NCBI GenBank assembly: GCA_030141605.1
Contig: JAQGDQ010000019.1
Span: 1,116,001-1,180,000, forward strand
Direction: 5' to 3'
Origin: Tubiluchus corallicola
Lineage: Eukaryota; Animalia; Priapulida
Length of the DNA stretch: 64,000 bases
Shown here piece by piece: positions 9,807-24,100 of the stretch. Under the pieces are notes generated by a model, which saw only the letters and a program-made list of their open reading frames with translations, did not search any database and was not told the DNA's origin. The first letter of the stretch is position 1. Each line of letters begins with the position of its first letter. Position numbers and translations under genes: made by a program.

Positions 9807-12800
9807 TATCATACATATGGCTGCGGTCACCTTATGGTACTTTAAGTGGTTCTTTGTTCTTCGGCAAAAATCTCATTACCTCCAGCCCATCCTAAGACTG
9901 GTATGTGATGTGCGGGAAGAATATTATTTTACTGTTTGTTTTTCTAGCCGGCTTTGCTGTCTTCTTAATAATTATACAATTTTATTAGGAAAGTATTTTT
10001 AGTATAGCTGTGTGTTAACATTGCAAGTAAGTGGCAGTTAGTTTGACTTAAAACACGGATAACACGAATAAGGTGCATATTGTAAAAAAAGTTTTTGTTG
10101 TATTCAAATTTTTGTGTTTGGAATAGCCCAGGTGAGTTGTGGGGGTAGGCATGCCGAGCGAAATTGATAAGGAATCCGCGTGGATGCATTCTCCGAAGGG
10201 TACTTGATGTTTGCATAGTTACGCTGAGTGTTTTTACCAGCATGGCTTCCTAAACTGTATATAGCACCGCTACGTCCTGATTGCTTGGCTTGAGTTTCAT
10301 GAGCATACACTTCGCAAGAGCAGATCTAAACATACGAGGGCTCCCAACAACTTCCCTGTCATAAATGTTACACGCCCGAATAATTCATTTTACGTAACTC
10401 CATGTACTTAGCAAATGTGTTCTACAATGTGAATATTTGGTAGTCTTTCGCTATTTCATTTCACGGTGTCATTATCGTTGTTGTCACACCCGTTATGGAT
10501 GGTTCTGGGTGAAAGGAATGTGCGTGGCAGCGGGACCGTTTCCTGGTTCCGGATTTGCCGATGGTTTTCACGCAAAGTGAAGCCAGATCATAATCTTAAA
10601 TACACATTGTGCTGGAAGCCAAGAACACGTGTTTCAGGAATGAATCAAATTAATATGTTTAGAATAATATGGTCTATATCCACGTTTCTCAAAAATTGCA
10701 GTTAATTTTTGAATGTCGTCAAATATTTAAAAAGTAACCATTTTGTAGACCTTATTTTAAATACATTTTTACCACACTTGTCTGCTTTAATCTTAGCAGC
10801 AGTTTAATGATGTGCATTGTTTATTACAGGCATTATCAGAAAATCTTGAATATTAGCTTTCCTAAGAAACAGCGGTTGAAGATGTTTCTTAGAAAAAAGA
10901 TGCATATTTAACTTTTTGTAGTCGTACATAATTATTTTTAGACGATATCTTGTGACTGTACATGTCGATTCTGGCACCAATAATCCTGTGATATGTTTTT
11001 ATAAATTTCTATAAAGTTATAAACATGCGTTTAGATTCAAACACATGTAAATATATTATGTGAATACTTTTAAGAGCCAATTTTAATTTACACAGAAGTG
11101 TATTTTTATTAGAATTTAACTAAATTATTAGTGCCGTTTGTGTACACGTGAAAAATTAAAAATTAATTTGACAACTTTTTGTGCAGGAACTTAAGAGGTG
11201 ATTTTGTATTGTCGCCATTATCGATTGTTACTTTTTATTGTTCTCACGTCGATTCATTCGAAAAACAGCGATTATCCTGTGCATCAATAAATCACCATTG
11301 ATGTTATTTCCTATAGCAGCATTATTATATACCGCATCTTGCGTATAAACAATGGTTATTGTCTTCGCTTAGAAACCCATTGGACAGTCCTCCTCCTCCT
11401 CGATTGTTAATTCGTAATTACCTGATCTTCTCTTCCTATCCAAGCACACGTATTAACCAGGCAGGTGTTCTTAAGTGTAGTTTGCTTTGGGACAACTCTT
11501 TGTTCGCGCAGATATTTGAACTGGATAGTAGATAGTCACATGGTCAGTTATAAGGTCATAAGAAACCGGTCTAGAGAAACAAATTGTCGGCTTTTGAAGT
11601 TAAATGGGTAAACTGTTAGAGTGAGAGTTTAACAATAGTCATTAATTGCATGTGCGTTGGGTAGAATTTGTGTAAAAGTTTTTTTCCGATAAAATAAGTT
11701 GACTGGATGATATTTGCGTAAAATACAAGTTTTTAGCTCTCAAATGTGGATGCTTCTATTTTAAGCAGTATTACTATATTAGTCTTTCCTAATAAACATT
11801 TCTTTCATTTTTAATGACTAGCCTTTTTTACCATACCATCAACTGATTATTCAACTCACAACTGGTCTAATCACGGCTAGTTGGAGATTTATGATTATGA
11901 TAGAAATTTGTACAGATTTCTTTCTCAAGAGACAGCAGCTGGTAAGAGGTGAAGAAAAGTTGAAGACGCAATGCAATATATTTAGTTTGTCTGAACAAGC
12001 AAGGTCTTTAAGTAACAAATAAGTCTCTTGAGCACTAAGACAGAGCAATGAGCTGTAAAACGAACGAAAGGCAATAAGCGTTGTGTTATTTCAAGACATA
12101 GTAATTTTCTAACGTTTTTGGATTTTTAAATAACAGAACTAATAAGGGTTTCTAAGGAGCTCTAAGCGTGTATTTTATTTTGTTACTACTATCATAAACG
12201 TATCACATATTTTTTTTGGAATTTGGATGTCACGACTAGGTATGCTGAAACTTAGTAAAAAATAAATTTCTTTTTATCCGTTTTTACAGCCACTGCCGCT
12301 ATACTTCTGACTGATTTCCAGCGTCTTTCTCACGTTTCTTTTAAATTATACCTCACAAAGCTTTCGATACTGGTACTTCCTTTTCTTTTAATGGTTATTG
12401 CCGCTGTACTAGTGTGGGCTTCATTAATTCGTTTTAATGACCAAGTAGGAGACTTAGAGGATTGTAGCAATGCTCATGGATTTATATTCATGACACACTT
12501 GATCTCTTGTTGTAGGCAGTGAATAACTACTATAGAGCCTGATGTTGTGGGCTTGAGTGCTGGACTGCATCCTTAAATATGGTAAATATTGAAGACTACA
12601 AAGAGGCGTTAACTGCAAGATATGTTAACTGCAGAGTTGCAAACGCCGAACAGGTCACCTAGCTGCAAGACGTGCTTGTAGCCTTCTTTCCCATGATGTT
12701 CAACCATCCAGTTCTGCTATCTAGTTTATGGCACAGGACTCTCTATATAAAAAAAGAAAAAACAGAGTGTTATGCTCTCTCACTGTGTAACAGACTTAAC

Positions 12801-14797
12801 CTTTCACAGTGCTTTAAAGCGTCAAACATATGCGCCTTGTTTTAATAAGCGTGTTTTCGTAATGGAAGTTTGCTGCGTATTATCAAATAAAATATATTTT
12901 AACTTATAACTTCGTTAAAATTTCACTTCTTTCGCATTTAAGGCTGATTTGTTAAGGAAAAGTAGGAAAATTTTAACATGTTATCCAAAGCAGCACTTGT
13001 GTCTTGCTATCTTTATTGATTTGTACGTATTACAGTTTAACATGTTAAGAACTGCTGTTTTTTAAACTTAAATAGAAAGTGTGACCAAATGCGGCAAGGA
13101 GTGCAACGCATTATGATTACCGACATAATTACTTTTCTATCTACAGCTGCCCAGGTGTTTCTTGTTCATCTCCTGCTATGGCAACTGATTTATATCCCTT
13201 GGCTCGTGTCAGGTTTACTGTTGCACCTGGAGATTACTTGGCGCTGCTTTGTTGCAAACGAGCTCCCGTCAGTTATCCCATCGTGATGGTTCGTCATTAC
13301 CTGTCTGATAGAAAACTGATTAATCTGATTTTTTAACTGGTCTTCAAGTTGATTTGAGTCAATAATTTGAGTTGATGATCTGATATTCTTATTCTGATGC
13401 GAAGATGATTGATTGAATTAATCAACATTTTTTACTTTGGTTGAAATTGTCGCTAGGTTGTGTGCATCAATTAGGGCGTATTCCACAAACTTCTTATTTT
13501 TTATAAGCCATGCTGTGTTACACTGCAACGATATTTGATTCACTGTGTTTTTCTATGCAGCGTTAACACCATTATATTTAAGTAGAGTGAGCAGTACTGA
13601 GCCCTGTTAAATGATTGATTGAGCTTGATGTAAAGGTTTTTACCAGTTGACGCCAGTCGGGTGTTTGATTAAATGATGGAACACCTTGGCTGCGGCTTAG
13701 TAGGCTTTTGAATGCGCATCCGTAGTCACTTGACGTCTGGAGAAATGTCTTTTGCTTCTGTTGAAGGAAAACCATTTCCGGCTGTTTGGCCCAAGCCTTA
13801 ATTTCCCAAAGCAGATTTCTTGTCGCACTTTTTAACGTTACATATTGCGCGTATTGCGTTCTAGCTCTCCTTGCGTCAACCAAAGCAGATCTGCCATATA
13901 TAAATAAATACATACACTGTACATATAATAGTATTGTAGTTACTCGGTAATATACGTTAAAAGCTGACACTATATATTGTTGTTTTATACAAATTTTTGT
14001 ATTTGTGTCTGTTGTTATTTAAAGTTCTAGGTGCTTTTTATACTTGCTCAATTATTGCGTATATAATAGGAAGAAACTGATTAACGTATTTGGCAATGGC
14101 AATCTTTAGTGACGTTAAAAATCTTAAATAGCACCTTGTTGCACTTTGATCCTCTTGATGTATTTACACAGGTAGCCAAGCGATTGTTAGTGTAAATACC
14201 GGCAGGTGTGCAAGCTTTTGCCCCCAAAAAACCATCGCAAACTTTTTTCATTGTTCGGGTGCGTTCTTCAGTTTGTTGTTTTGATCTTACAAGGCATTTT
14301 CTTATTTCTTTGTCACCTTTTTTCCTGGATTTCGCAAATTCTCTTTCTACAGGGTAGGCTGTCTAAACATTGCTGTTCAAATTATTACCAAGTTTCAGCT
14401 AAACTATTGTGCATCTGTATTTGGAGTGAAAGTATGGAGACAAAGAACTAGAAGGCACGTGTTTGGTGGGCAGGTGTTCGGCGTCTGCTACGTAATGGGT
14501 CCTTGCAAGTTTGGACCCGTGCCAGACATTGCTAATAGAAAAGTTTTACTCAGTCAGTCATAATCATTACACATTTGATGGACAGCAGAATAGATCTGTC
14601 CTAAAACTTGCCTGCCACCTGATGTCACTTTCCGATACTAATTAGTTGTAATGACCAGCGTGTGCACTGTGCAGTGAAGCATTTAATATTTTTTAATGGT
14701 CATGTAGTCCGTTACCTGTTTGTCATCAGTGTGCTATGAATCTGTTTCATACTAATTTCACCAAATGCACCTATGTTTATTTGTGCAAACAATATAT

Positions 14798-15788
14798 CTA
14801 GTGGCCCAAAAAACATGCCGAAGTTTTGGTCGCGATTTTATAAGAAGAAAATAACGGAATCGCTTGGAAATTATCTGATTAATTTTACAGACGATTTTAT
14901 GTAAAAGCCAAAATTTCACCAAGTCCCTTGGACTTTTTCGAAGATAACAGAAGTTTTAAAAACGTCAAAAAATTAATACCGAAAAAAATTGTTTGTCACA
15001 ATTGTTAAAATTTGTCCGCCATTTTCAATGCAAACTAGGGGAAGGCGGTTCTTCCAACAGGTGACGTAGTTTCTCACTTCTTTAGCGAGTATTTAATTCC
15101 GGGATTGAACAATTATTGCCTTTAGTTCCTCCACATCGAACGTTCTGAGTGACCTGTGTGGTTATAATGTTCTCTTTAATGGAATTACTGATACCCTAAT
15201 CCAGAGGATTGAATTCCATTTTTTCTTGACAACAAATCTTTTCAGTTATTGTTTTTTGTATCATGTTCTGAGTGACCTGTGTGGTCATCATACATGTTTT
15301 CTTTAAGGGAATTCCAGATACCCCAATCCAGAGGATTGAATCCCATTTTTTCTTGACAACAAATCTTTATCAGTTTTTGTTTATGTATCATGTTCTGAGT
15401 GACCTGTGTGGTCATCATACATGTTCACTTTAAGGGAATTCCAGATACCCTAATCCAGAGGTTTGAATCCCATTTTTTCTTGGCAACAAATCTTTATCAG
15501 TTTTTGTGTGTGTATCATGATGTGAACTTGCTGATACTTCATTGTTTTGCTGCCATGTATTGAGTGCTTTTTATGCCAACGCTGCTGTTTTTCTATTGGT
15601 GATTGTTCCGCCATGTGATTCCTTAACATACAAAAGCTTCTCGGTCATAACCGAGGAACTACTAAAACTGTAACTTTCAGCCTAAAGTTAAGGTTTTGTA
15701 ATATCTGACACACTGTGAAATGTCAACTTTGTATGGGACCTAATATTATTTTAGTGGAAACGTCGGCACAAATTTTCTGCGCTACCCG
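14798..15788. mobile_element. Decayed non-autonomous Tc1/mariner-like element
   Basis: Left end ctagtggcccaaaaaacatgccgaagtt versus the reverse complement of the right end cgggtagcgcagaaaatttgtgccgacgtt (degenerate TIRs). Confidence 0.35.
15142..15519 (+). repeat. Three-copy ~125-bp tandem repeat
   Basis: Units start GTTCTGAGTGACCTGTGTGGT at 15142, 15265 and 15392. Each contains AATCCAGAGG...CATTTTTTCTTG.CAACAAATCTTT. Confidence 0.92.
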
Positions 15789-15914
15789 ATTCAAAATTGC
15801 AAAATTTGTAAAATACTAGAGTCTATGAGAGCGCGCAGATATATTCAAAGTCACTGAGAGTCGCTCCTCTGCCAGAATGTTTTTTCTCCAGCTAGTGTTC
15901 CTATTGTTGATGAA

Positions 15915-16098
15915 TGGACTCATTCGATGATAACTGAAGAACTTACTTTGGTGAGCCCGTAAGGAAATTATAGAGCTTGTAAAATTGCCCTTTCGGTAAT
16001 CGTTGGCTAGTTATTGGATAGGTCCAACATTTCCGGCATCTCTTTATCTTTTTGAGAATTAATAATGCACAAATACAAGCAACGTCTTCAAACTCCAT
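15915..16098 (-). mobile_element. PIF/Harbinger transposase N-terminal remnant
   Basis: MEFEDVACICALLILKKIKRCRKCWTYPITSQRLPKGQFYKLYN, then a frameshift into LRAHQSKFFSYHRMS. Matches the Harbinger pattern RR.W..P....R...G.F..L...LR....F..Y.RMS. Confidence 0.7.
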
Positions 16099-16944
16099 AT
16101 CGCCAGTTGCTAAATTTAAAATTGCATGTCTGCGCGGGGTCTTAAAGATGATATTACTCGACCATGAAATAACATTATTCATATTAGGGTTTACTATATT
16201 AATCTATTACTGATAAAGAACAAGTTGGTGCATAGATCGAAGAACACCTGCTATTTTATGTTGAGAATACTGAGTAGCCCATATCGTTTGGATCAGCGTC
16301 GACCAACAAAGTTGTCTTCAGTTTGCAAGATTAGTCAGTGAATCTTATGCATATGCAAACTTCTGTAATTCTCGTAAAATTTAATTGGTTCGTCCAAAAA
16401 TTGATGAATGCAAAATGTTTTGACTTATTTTCATTCTAATAAAATCGTCTGATTTTGCAAGGTTTTGAATCTTTACAGATGTTGTAATTGTTGGTTCGCC
16501 GGGTGTCTTATATTGGTGTTTTACTGTCATTCTCACATATAGTCAATCGTTTTCATTGAATGCTTGGCTGTGCATGTCTTTCAGCTAATGGTTTTCTTAA
16601 TAGCTTTGCTTGACGCAAACATTCGTGTTTTGTATTCCTCGTGTGTACGTTACCTTTCCTTTCCGCGCACTCTCCAACTTAAACGGCTGATATTATTTTT
16701 ATGAGCTCTGAACACCTTAAAAATTGTTAAGGAATTATTCAATGAAACATTTAAGTGTTATATAAAAACAGTCAAGTTAAACACTTATGACTTAGCTAGT
16801 TTAAAAGAACAAACCCTCAAACAACATTTATTGTACTTTAATGTACAATTAAAAATATTGAAATCACAATACAAAATGTGCGCAATAGAATGCTTTGCTT
16901 AAAAATGTAAAAGAAATTTAAATATATTATACGTTACTGTTGCT

Positions 16945-17345
16945 AGACACTGGAAGCACTGATATCCCTGACCCCCTCGATTTTGGTTTTTGCCCCTACC
17001 GAAAACGTTTCTTATATTCAGCCGTGCACGACAACTCAACACCACCTAGCCACATACCAAACATTGTGGCCCTAGCTCAAAAGCTGTAGGAGGAGATCCC
17101 AGTCTAAAGAAAAAAAAAACAAAATGTGCTATCCGCTCCGTGACCTTTGACCCGAGAGTGACGGGTCATGTGCGAACCTAAAATCTCCCTGCCCTGGGAG
17201 TGTGTCGTGTGAGTTTCGTGATCCTAGCCTTCTGCTTCTGCCAGTTATTGATGAAACAAAAAGGCGTAATTAATCAATAAAAACCGGGGGTAAAACTCTT
17301 AAATATTTCTTATTTCCCGCCAACGAACGTTGTTGCCGGCATATT
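16945..17345 (+). mobile_element. Helentron/HINE-like non-autonomous element
   Basis: Starts ACTGGAAGCACT, has an internal GTGACCTTTGACC (17140) and a 3' subterminal hairpin CCCGCCAACGAACGTTGTTGCCGG followed by an AT-rich end. The architecture resembles invertebrate Helentron derivatives. Family assignment is by pattern only. Confidence 0.45.
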
Positions 17346-18000
17346 TAAAAAAATACGTAAGCTGGTGTATGCTGGGCAGCCGTGAATGCCGTGAAGACAA
17401 GCTGTGTCAAGGTACGCGTTGCAAAATTTCTACAGTTTGCTTAGAAGCTCCGTTATTCTAATGTTGTGTTTAACTGTGTTTATCTGGAAATTAGTCATTC
17501 GATCAATTATGATCAAATTTAAAGTGATTATATTGCTTTAAAGGACAAGAAAAGACGTACCTGAAGTAGGTTTCAGAAAAATCGCCTTAAAAATTGTATT
17601 ACTTTATAGCAATTTTATGCGTATGTCATACTCGCATTGAAAGGAATTTTTGTTTGTTGCCATTTTAAATCTCCCGCAATACTGTTCCGAAATCGCCATT
17701 ACATGACGTCACTACGCAAACGTAAATCAGGGGAAGAAAAGGCAATGTTAAATTATGTCCCAAAAAACTTTCCCTGGAAATCTATATTACTCAGAATTTC
17801 GCTTACCTGCTTGAAAAACTTGTGTAACTAGTAAAGAAAATTTTTAATTATTTAAAATATTTTCACCAATTGGTATAATGTCGCTGACTCACCCTCCAGG
17901 TTGCACCACCCACCAACCAAAAACGTATTTTTAATGTTATTCACAAGATACAGTAATTTAAAATTTTACTCGCTTAGTGACGTGTGCATTACGAATGTTC

Positions 18001-18164
18001 TGATTATTTTTTCAAATTTTACACAGTGTTATCTAAACTTGTTTTAAATGACCTGTCGTCAAAATGGCTGCGTCTAACGTGTGCCTGATTATTTTTTTAA
18101 ACTTTACACAGTGTTATCTAAACTTGTTTTAAATGACCTGTCGTCAAAATGGCTGCGTCTAACG
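18001..18164 (+). repeat. Two-copy 85-bp tandem duplication
   Basis: TGATTATTTTTT...ACACAGTGTTATCTAAACTTGTTTTAAATGACCTGTCGTCAAAATGGCTGCGTCTAACG at 18001 and 18086, nearly identical. Confidence 0.9.
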
Positions 18165-21100
18165 GTCATCGCGGGAGTTTAAATTTACATGTTTTATACA
18201 GCGTGTCTGCTGATTGAAGTCCGTATGTAAAACGGCAGTATGTGAGTGGTATAAAATTTCAAGACGAATTTTTTAAGCTTTATGTTTATGAAGGGTTTTC
18301 TTGTGCTTTAATCTACAGGATTGCACCTTAAAATAGTTCGCTCTATACGTTAAAAAAGATTTTGAAGCACCTGGGGTAGAGTGTTTATATTACACGTAAA
18401 CCGGATGACGTCATTTTTCGTCTAAAATGAGCGCGCCCAAGCGTGAAGTGAACACGATTTTAAATTGATTTTACTAATTACGCGAGATGTTTATCATAAT
18501 TTTATTGCTGAAACTTTATAACTTTTTTCCAAAATATTAAAATAAGCTCAACTTCCCGAGAAACTTAGCTTTTGCTTAAAGCTGTTTTCCCCAGAACAAG
18601 TGATTGAATATTTTGTTGTCATTAAATTTTCTGCTAGCACTGCTGTCTGTTTTCTGAGCACTAGAAAATTTTTAAAATGGCTGAGCTTCGATGCTTTGAA
18701 GAAGAAGCGGTAATATACGTTGCATCGTGTGAATACTAAACTCGTCTTTGATTGTTCTTGACTTTACTGCCTTTGTTATTTGCCTATACAGTTATTTGCA
18801 AATTTGTTAATAGGTTTTCTTAAATAGCGCCTCTTTTTGTTTGTTTGTCACTTACTCAGTTTTTTTTCTGTTTTTAAGGTTGCCTTATATACTTGACGAC
18901 AAATAAGCACCAGTTTTTGTTTTTATAACCACTTTTTATATAAAAAACGGAATAATAATAATAAACATAGAAAGTTATTAAAGGTAATCCTAGCACATTA
19001 AAAGAGATTTTACCCATCTCATAGCGCATGTTGGCTATTTGACAAATTATAGCAAAATTTTGTCATAAACCTGTCAAGCAACAAATTTTGAACTTTCTTC
19101 TAAATTGATGTGGGATTTTTGTGTAAAGGCAGCACATTCATTCTCCTAAACATTATTCAAACTGTATAATCCTTATAAACATTGCCCGCGAGGCTTCTTG
19201 ATTTGTCACCCGTGATCTAGTATTTGATGAAAAGTTTGGAATTGATGAAGGAATGTGTTTATTGACGTTACGCCTCAGCTTCCTCCTCCTAAGACTGGCT
19301 GAATCCCGCTGCTTGTATTCCAGGCGTACCCAATCGATGTTTTCCTATGTCTAAATATGCTTTTTTATACGAATTGCCCCAAGCCATGCCAGTGGCAGTC
19401 AACATAACCGTCCTGTAACCCCTTCATAGGCATTACAGCAGAAGTATGAAAATATAAATACTTTTTGTTCAAAGAAATAGAATATGTATAACTAATTTTC
19501 TAGTAAAAAGTTTGGTAGGATTTTGCGGGTTTTTTTACAATCCAGATTTCGTATGCCTTGGTAGGTTACCGTCTGATCATTTGCTCCTTGAATGAAGAGA
19601 CTGCTTTTCACATTCAGTTTAAAAATCTAATGAAACTGAAAATGAAGGTTCATTGTAGAATGTTGAATAATTTGGTTAGAAACTTTTTGTCGTTTACTCG
19701 TTTCTTTTGACTGCAACATGAAACGTTTTTCGATTGCATGTGCCAGGCACTCTTGGAACAGCTGGAGTCACACTTCTCAGATCTACTAGTTCTCGTGTTT
19801 AAGCTAGTTAAGTCCCTCCTTTCTGCCTGCAGGTTATCAAGCGATCTGTGAGATTTTAGAGTTTAAAATAAATCTTTTCTAGATTCACTGCAGCTCCAGC
19901 AGGTGTGGGTAATTTTACAATGACGCGTCTTAACGATTTAATCGAAAATGATTGCTGCCGCTTGACTTACCAAACTTTTTCCAGTTCTAGGAGTTTTCTA
20001 GTTATGCTAAATTTTAATGGTAATTTCATTAGTGGTCCCTCTCTATTAAATTCCGTTTACACTATAGACATAAAGATAAAAGTGAGATTTAAATCTGAGC
20101 TTCCATCTGTAAGTTGGGACGGTCTCACACCGAGGAAAGCTGACTTGTTGAATGTGTTCTGTGTATACCACTCGTACATTCATTTTTCATTTTTTATTTA
20201 TACAACTGCCCCGTATTTGGCATAATCATATATAAAAATTATAAGTACATTGCAAATTTAATGAGGTCTTCTTTTGCAAAGTTTTTTTCGCTGGACTAGT
20301 TCATCCACTCTATAACTGTGGGGAGTTTATGTCACTATATTCCGGAAACATTACTTCGTCTGTAAAGAGCTTCCGGGTTTCCGTTCAGTAACGATTCGTT
20401 CGTTAGTTTCCCGCCGAGTGTGCCTTGCCCAGTTTTAATTAATCTAATACCGCTTCAACGTTATACGAGTTACAGTTGTGTCATTTTCCCCAAGAGACTA
20501 AGTACGCAGCAGATGATTGTGTTAAAAATCTCGATTGCTGCTTTGCAGCTGCTATTGTGTTTGTTCACTACTTCACAATAATGACTTTTACGTGTTTATA
20601 ATATTCGGACAACCTGACCAACAACTTGTTGTAAGCAACAGTCGGTCAGGAGAGAGTAATCTCTCTTCCCTCATGATACTTCCCTTCCCTATAAATGGAG
20701 CTATTGTTTTAACCGAGAATATTGTTTTTTACTGAGCATCTGCATGTTGATTCATTTGGCAGCGGAGTCGTCATCATCAGTAGATAGATCCCAACTATAC
20801 ATGACATTGAATAAACATCATGAACAAAGTATGCTAGAATTCCATTGGCTTATTGTAGCTTACAAACTGCGATCATAGAGATGCTACATATGCCAGACCT
20901 AATGGACCTCGCATAACATTATAAATTTCCCAGATTAAATACACATTGCCAATATATTTCAGCGTTTATAGTTGTGGTACTTATCGCACCTTCAAGTACA
21001 CATATTTGTCACTATTCGTTAACTCTGCGAGAGACATTAACTCATGGTATGATAGTAATAAATAGCCCCGTGGAGTAAATAAATATTATAGCCTGAACGC

Positions 21101-24100
21101 TTGCCCCCAGTTTTATGATGGTTGGCGCTGGTCAGACTGTGGGAGCTCGTCTGCTTGCTGCTAATAGATACATTTGAATTTTAAACTGAATTCGGTTAAT
21201 GTTGCACATAAGTTGTATAGCTACGAAGGGTTTATATTAATTGTTTTAAATACGATTCAAAATAATTTTTTCTTTACGTTCACTATTCAAATTATGTAGG
21301 TGTAAGTGTATTCCGCCGTTGTACTCTGCACTTTGCACACATAAAGCTGGTGGAAGGGATTTAAGTTGTACTAGGCTGCAGTTCAACTGCAGTTTCACGT
21401 ATAAGAGTTTCGCTTGACAGCTCTAGTTAGCATTTTGATAGGTGACCGCTAGCAGATGTATGGCTACGTTAGTAAATTTTTTCATACAGTGATTACACTT
21501 TCAATGCAAATGTGTGCCAAGACTGTGTAATCCTTTCCCGAAATTTTATTATTGATATGCGTACCCATAAAGCCATAACGTTTAAGTAAATTAAATAAAG
21601 CGGGGCATTTGCTGCATAAAGTTTTATAGGCATAATTTTAGTGCCAGGAATCCAGGATATACCTACATATATATAAGGCAAAATAATATGCTGGGCACGT
21701 AGTTTGTTGTAAAAGTTGGTTTAAAATCCAGTGAAAAAATCACGCTGAGATGTACTGCACACGTGTACGTACTTTTGTTATATACAAAGGCTTAAAACTT
21801 GAATCTCGAAACAGTAATTTCTGATGACTAAGCAACTGACGAAGCGAATTTCGGTAATATGTATGACTTACACTAAAAGGATGCATGTACTACACCGTGT
21901 TTTTGAATTTATAACCTCACCTACAGTTTACGCGTGCATATATTTTGTAGTTACTGATAAGAACGCTTTTAACATGCTGCTTTTAAAAATTATGAGAACT
22001 ATATATTACGTGTCTAATCATTGCCTTCCGAAGCACTTATTTTTGCGCGCTTACTGCACGGGTGTACATGGTTGGTGTTACCAGTCAGTCGAATGACCAA
22101 ATGGAGTTAGGGATCAATACTGAAATCACATCTCATCTGATCCTATGACAATAATATTGATGCAGATTGTCGTCACAACAGGTCGTTTGTTTGTGTTTTG
22201 GAAAGCCGTGTCCATGTGTTTGCGGGTTTGAAGAGCCAAAGCCGAACTTAATGGTTGTTGATTTGTGGCTTCCTTTTAAATACTGGAAAGTTCTTCAACA
22301 CGCTTGTCTTTTAGTATCCTCCATACTGCGACACAATGTACCATAATGGTAATCAGATATTCATTTATAATAAAATAAAGAAGTATGGAGATACCGATTA
22401 TAATCTATAGAATATAGATGATTAAAATACAAATTGCACTAAACTTGTGTATTTGTGATCTCATGATAAGTTGTCATTATAAATCCTGTTCAGTGCGCCG
22501 TTGCTACAAAACTTTACTGTGTGATTAATTCTGTTTTCTTGCCTACCATACCACCATACCACATTTATAGTGTATGTGTGGATAATTTCGGCTTAATGAT
22601 ACGTTTTTTTGGGTGTCACCGGACAGATTTTTATTAGGCAAAATATTATATGGCCTAGTAGGCGATGTGCAATGGAGGAACCTACTCATTTCTGCTTGTT
22701 GTAGAACGTTGTATTATTTAGTTCAGATGTTTTAGGGCTTCTTACGATCTGCATGTTTTTAAGTTTTGAAGGATGGTCGATAGACAACTGGCGCCGTTTC
22801 TTTATCTAAATCACTGATATAAATATGGATATGTAGTGTTAAGAGGCTGAGAGACGGACTTATCTGATGTGTGAATCAGGATGTACGTCATAAGCTCAAA
22901 TAAGGAAAGACATTTGATCGGGGTGTAAGGTAAGATTAATAACTCGTAGCGGATGTTATTGAAGTAGCGGCCACTGCGCCCTGTTGAATCTTTGTTCAAA
23001 CAGTTCACATCCTCATTTCACACTTCGGTTCAGGTTATAGTACACGTGAAACGTGAAATATCGACTGACAGGAAACCGCCTAATGTCGAATTGTCCATTA
23101 GCGTATCTGCTCATACGTTATAATTATTATGTAGCTGACTCATCTTCTGATTGTCGTACAAAATGTGATTTTGTCGGCGTGAAGTGTGTTGCACAACCTG
23201 ACATCAAATCTTTAATCATTTTGCGCTGCGCCAAGCCTTCGTGCTGACCGCTGGTCAGTTACTCAAGGCTCCATGCTGACATGTTTTACGCAAATTCCAG
23301 TAAAGCCATATGTCGGCGTGGTTAGGCAAAGTAATTAGAGCGTTCGGGATCTAGTGAACTAGAACTTGCAAAATTGCATTATAAGGGTGTATACACTTTA
23401 TAGTATACAATGCTGTAAACATGCATCCTGCGCTCTTGGTAAGTCTGGCTTTTGTCCCTTGGCTCATGTCCAACCACGTGTACCACTAGGCATTTCTGTT
23501 GGTAGCCACACAACTATGTTTATGAGTAAGACTAGGTAAAACCTTGTTGAAAACGGAGACTTGAATTAGATCATTAATTAATTGCTTCCTTTGTTCGTTT
23601 GTTCATCCGTTCTTCTCATTCCACACAATGCTCACTGCATTTAGCCAACCACGTAAAACAACAAAATAAATTTTATCAAGTTATTTTATACTTTACCACC
23701 ATCACTCGTGCTAATAAGTTTCTTTCGTCAGTCAAACGCACTATCCACAAAAGTATCAATCACTAACGATATCCACACATAATGCGCTGATTTTCCACGT
23801 GGTGTCTTTTGTGATGTTTTGTGCCATTGTTTTCAAAACGAACTCGTTTTATGAAATCTGCATTTTAGCACTTATAGTTTCCATAATAATCACATGTTTT
23901 GCAGTAATTGCCACGATACGCGGTACGTGCTACTGCGAGCCGGACTGCCTCGATCTACGTTTCGATTCTTCCATTCGCTCGTTCGTTGTTGACGTTTTTT
24001 TGCAAGCGGTTGAGTGAGATTTGCCAGTAGTAATGACGACCAAAACCTGCCACTGCAATTTCCTTTCACGGCGCGTTCCGTATATGCCCCGTAGTAGCTA

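Noticed and set aside
15142-15519. CRISPR-like array
   Set aside because: Whole units repeat with no unique spacers, the context is a eukaryotic intron, and there are no cas genes.
17538-18590. Kolobok-like element starting TTAAAGG
   Set aside because: No matching right-hand TIR was found.
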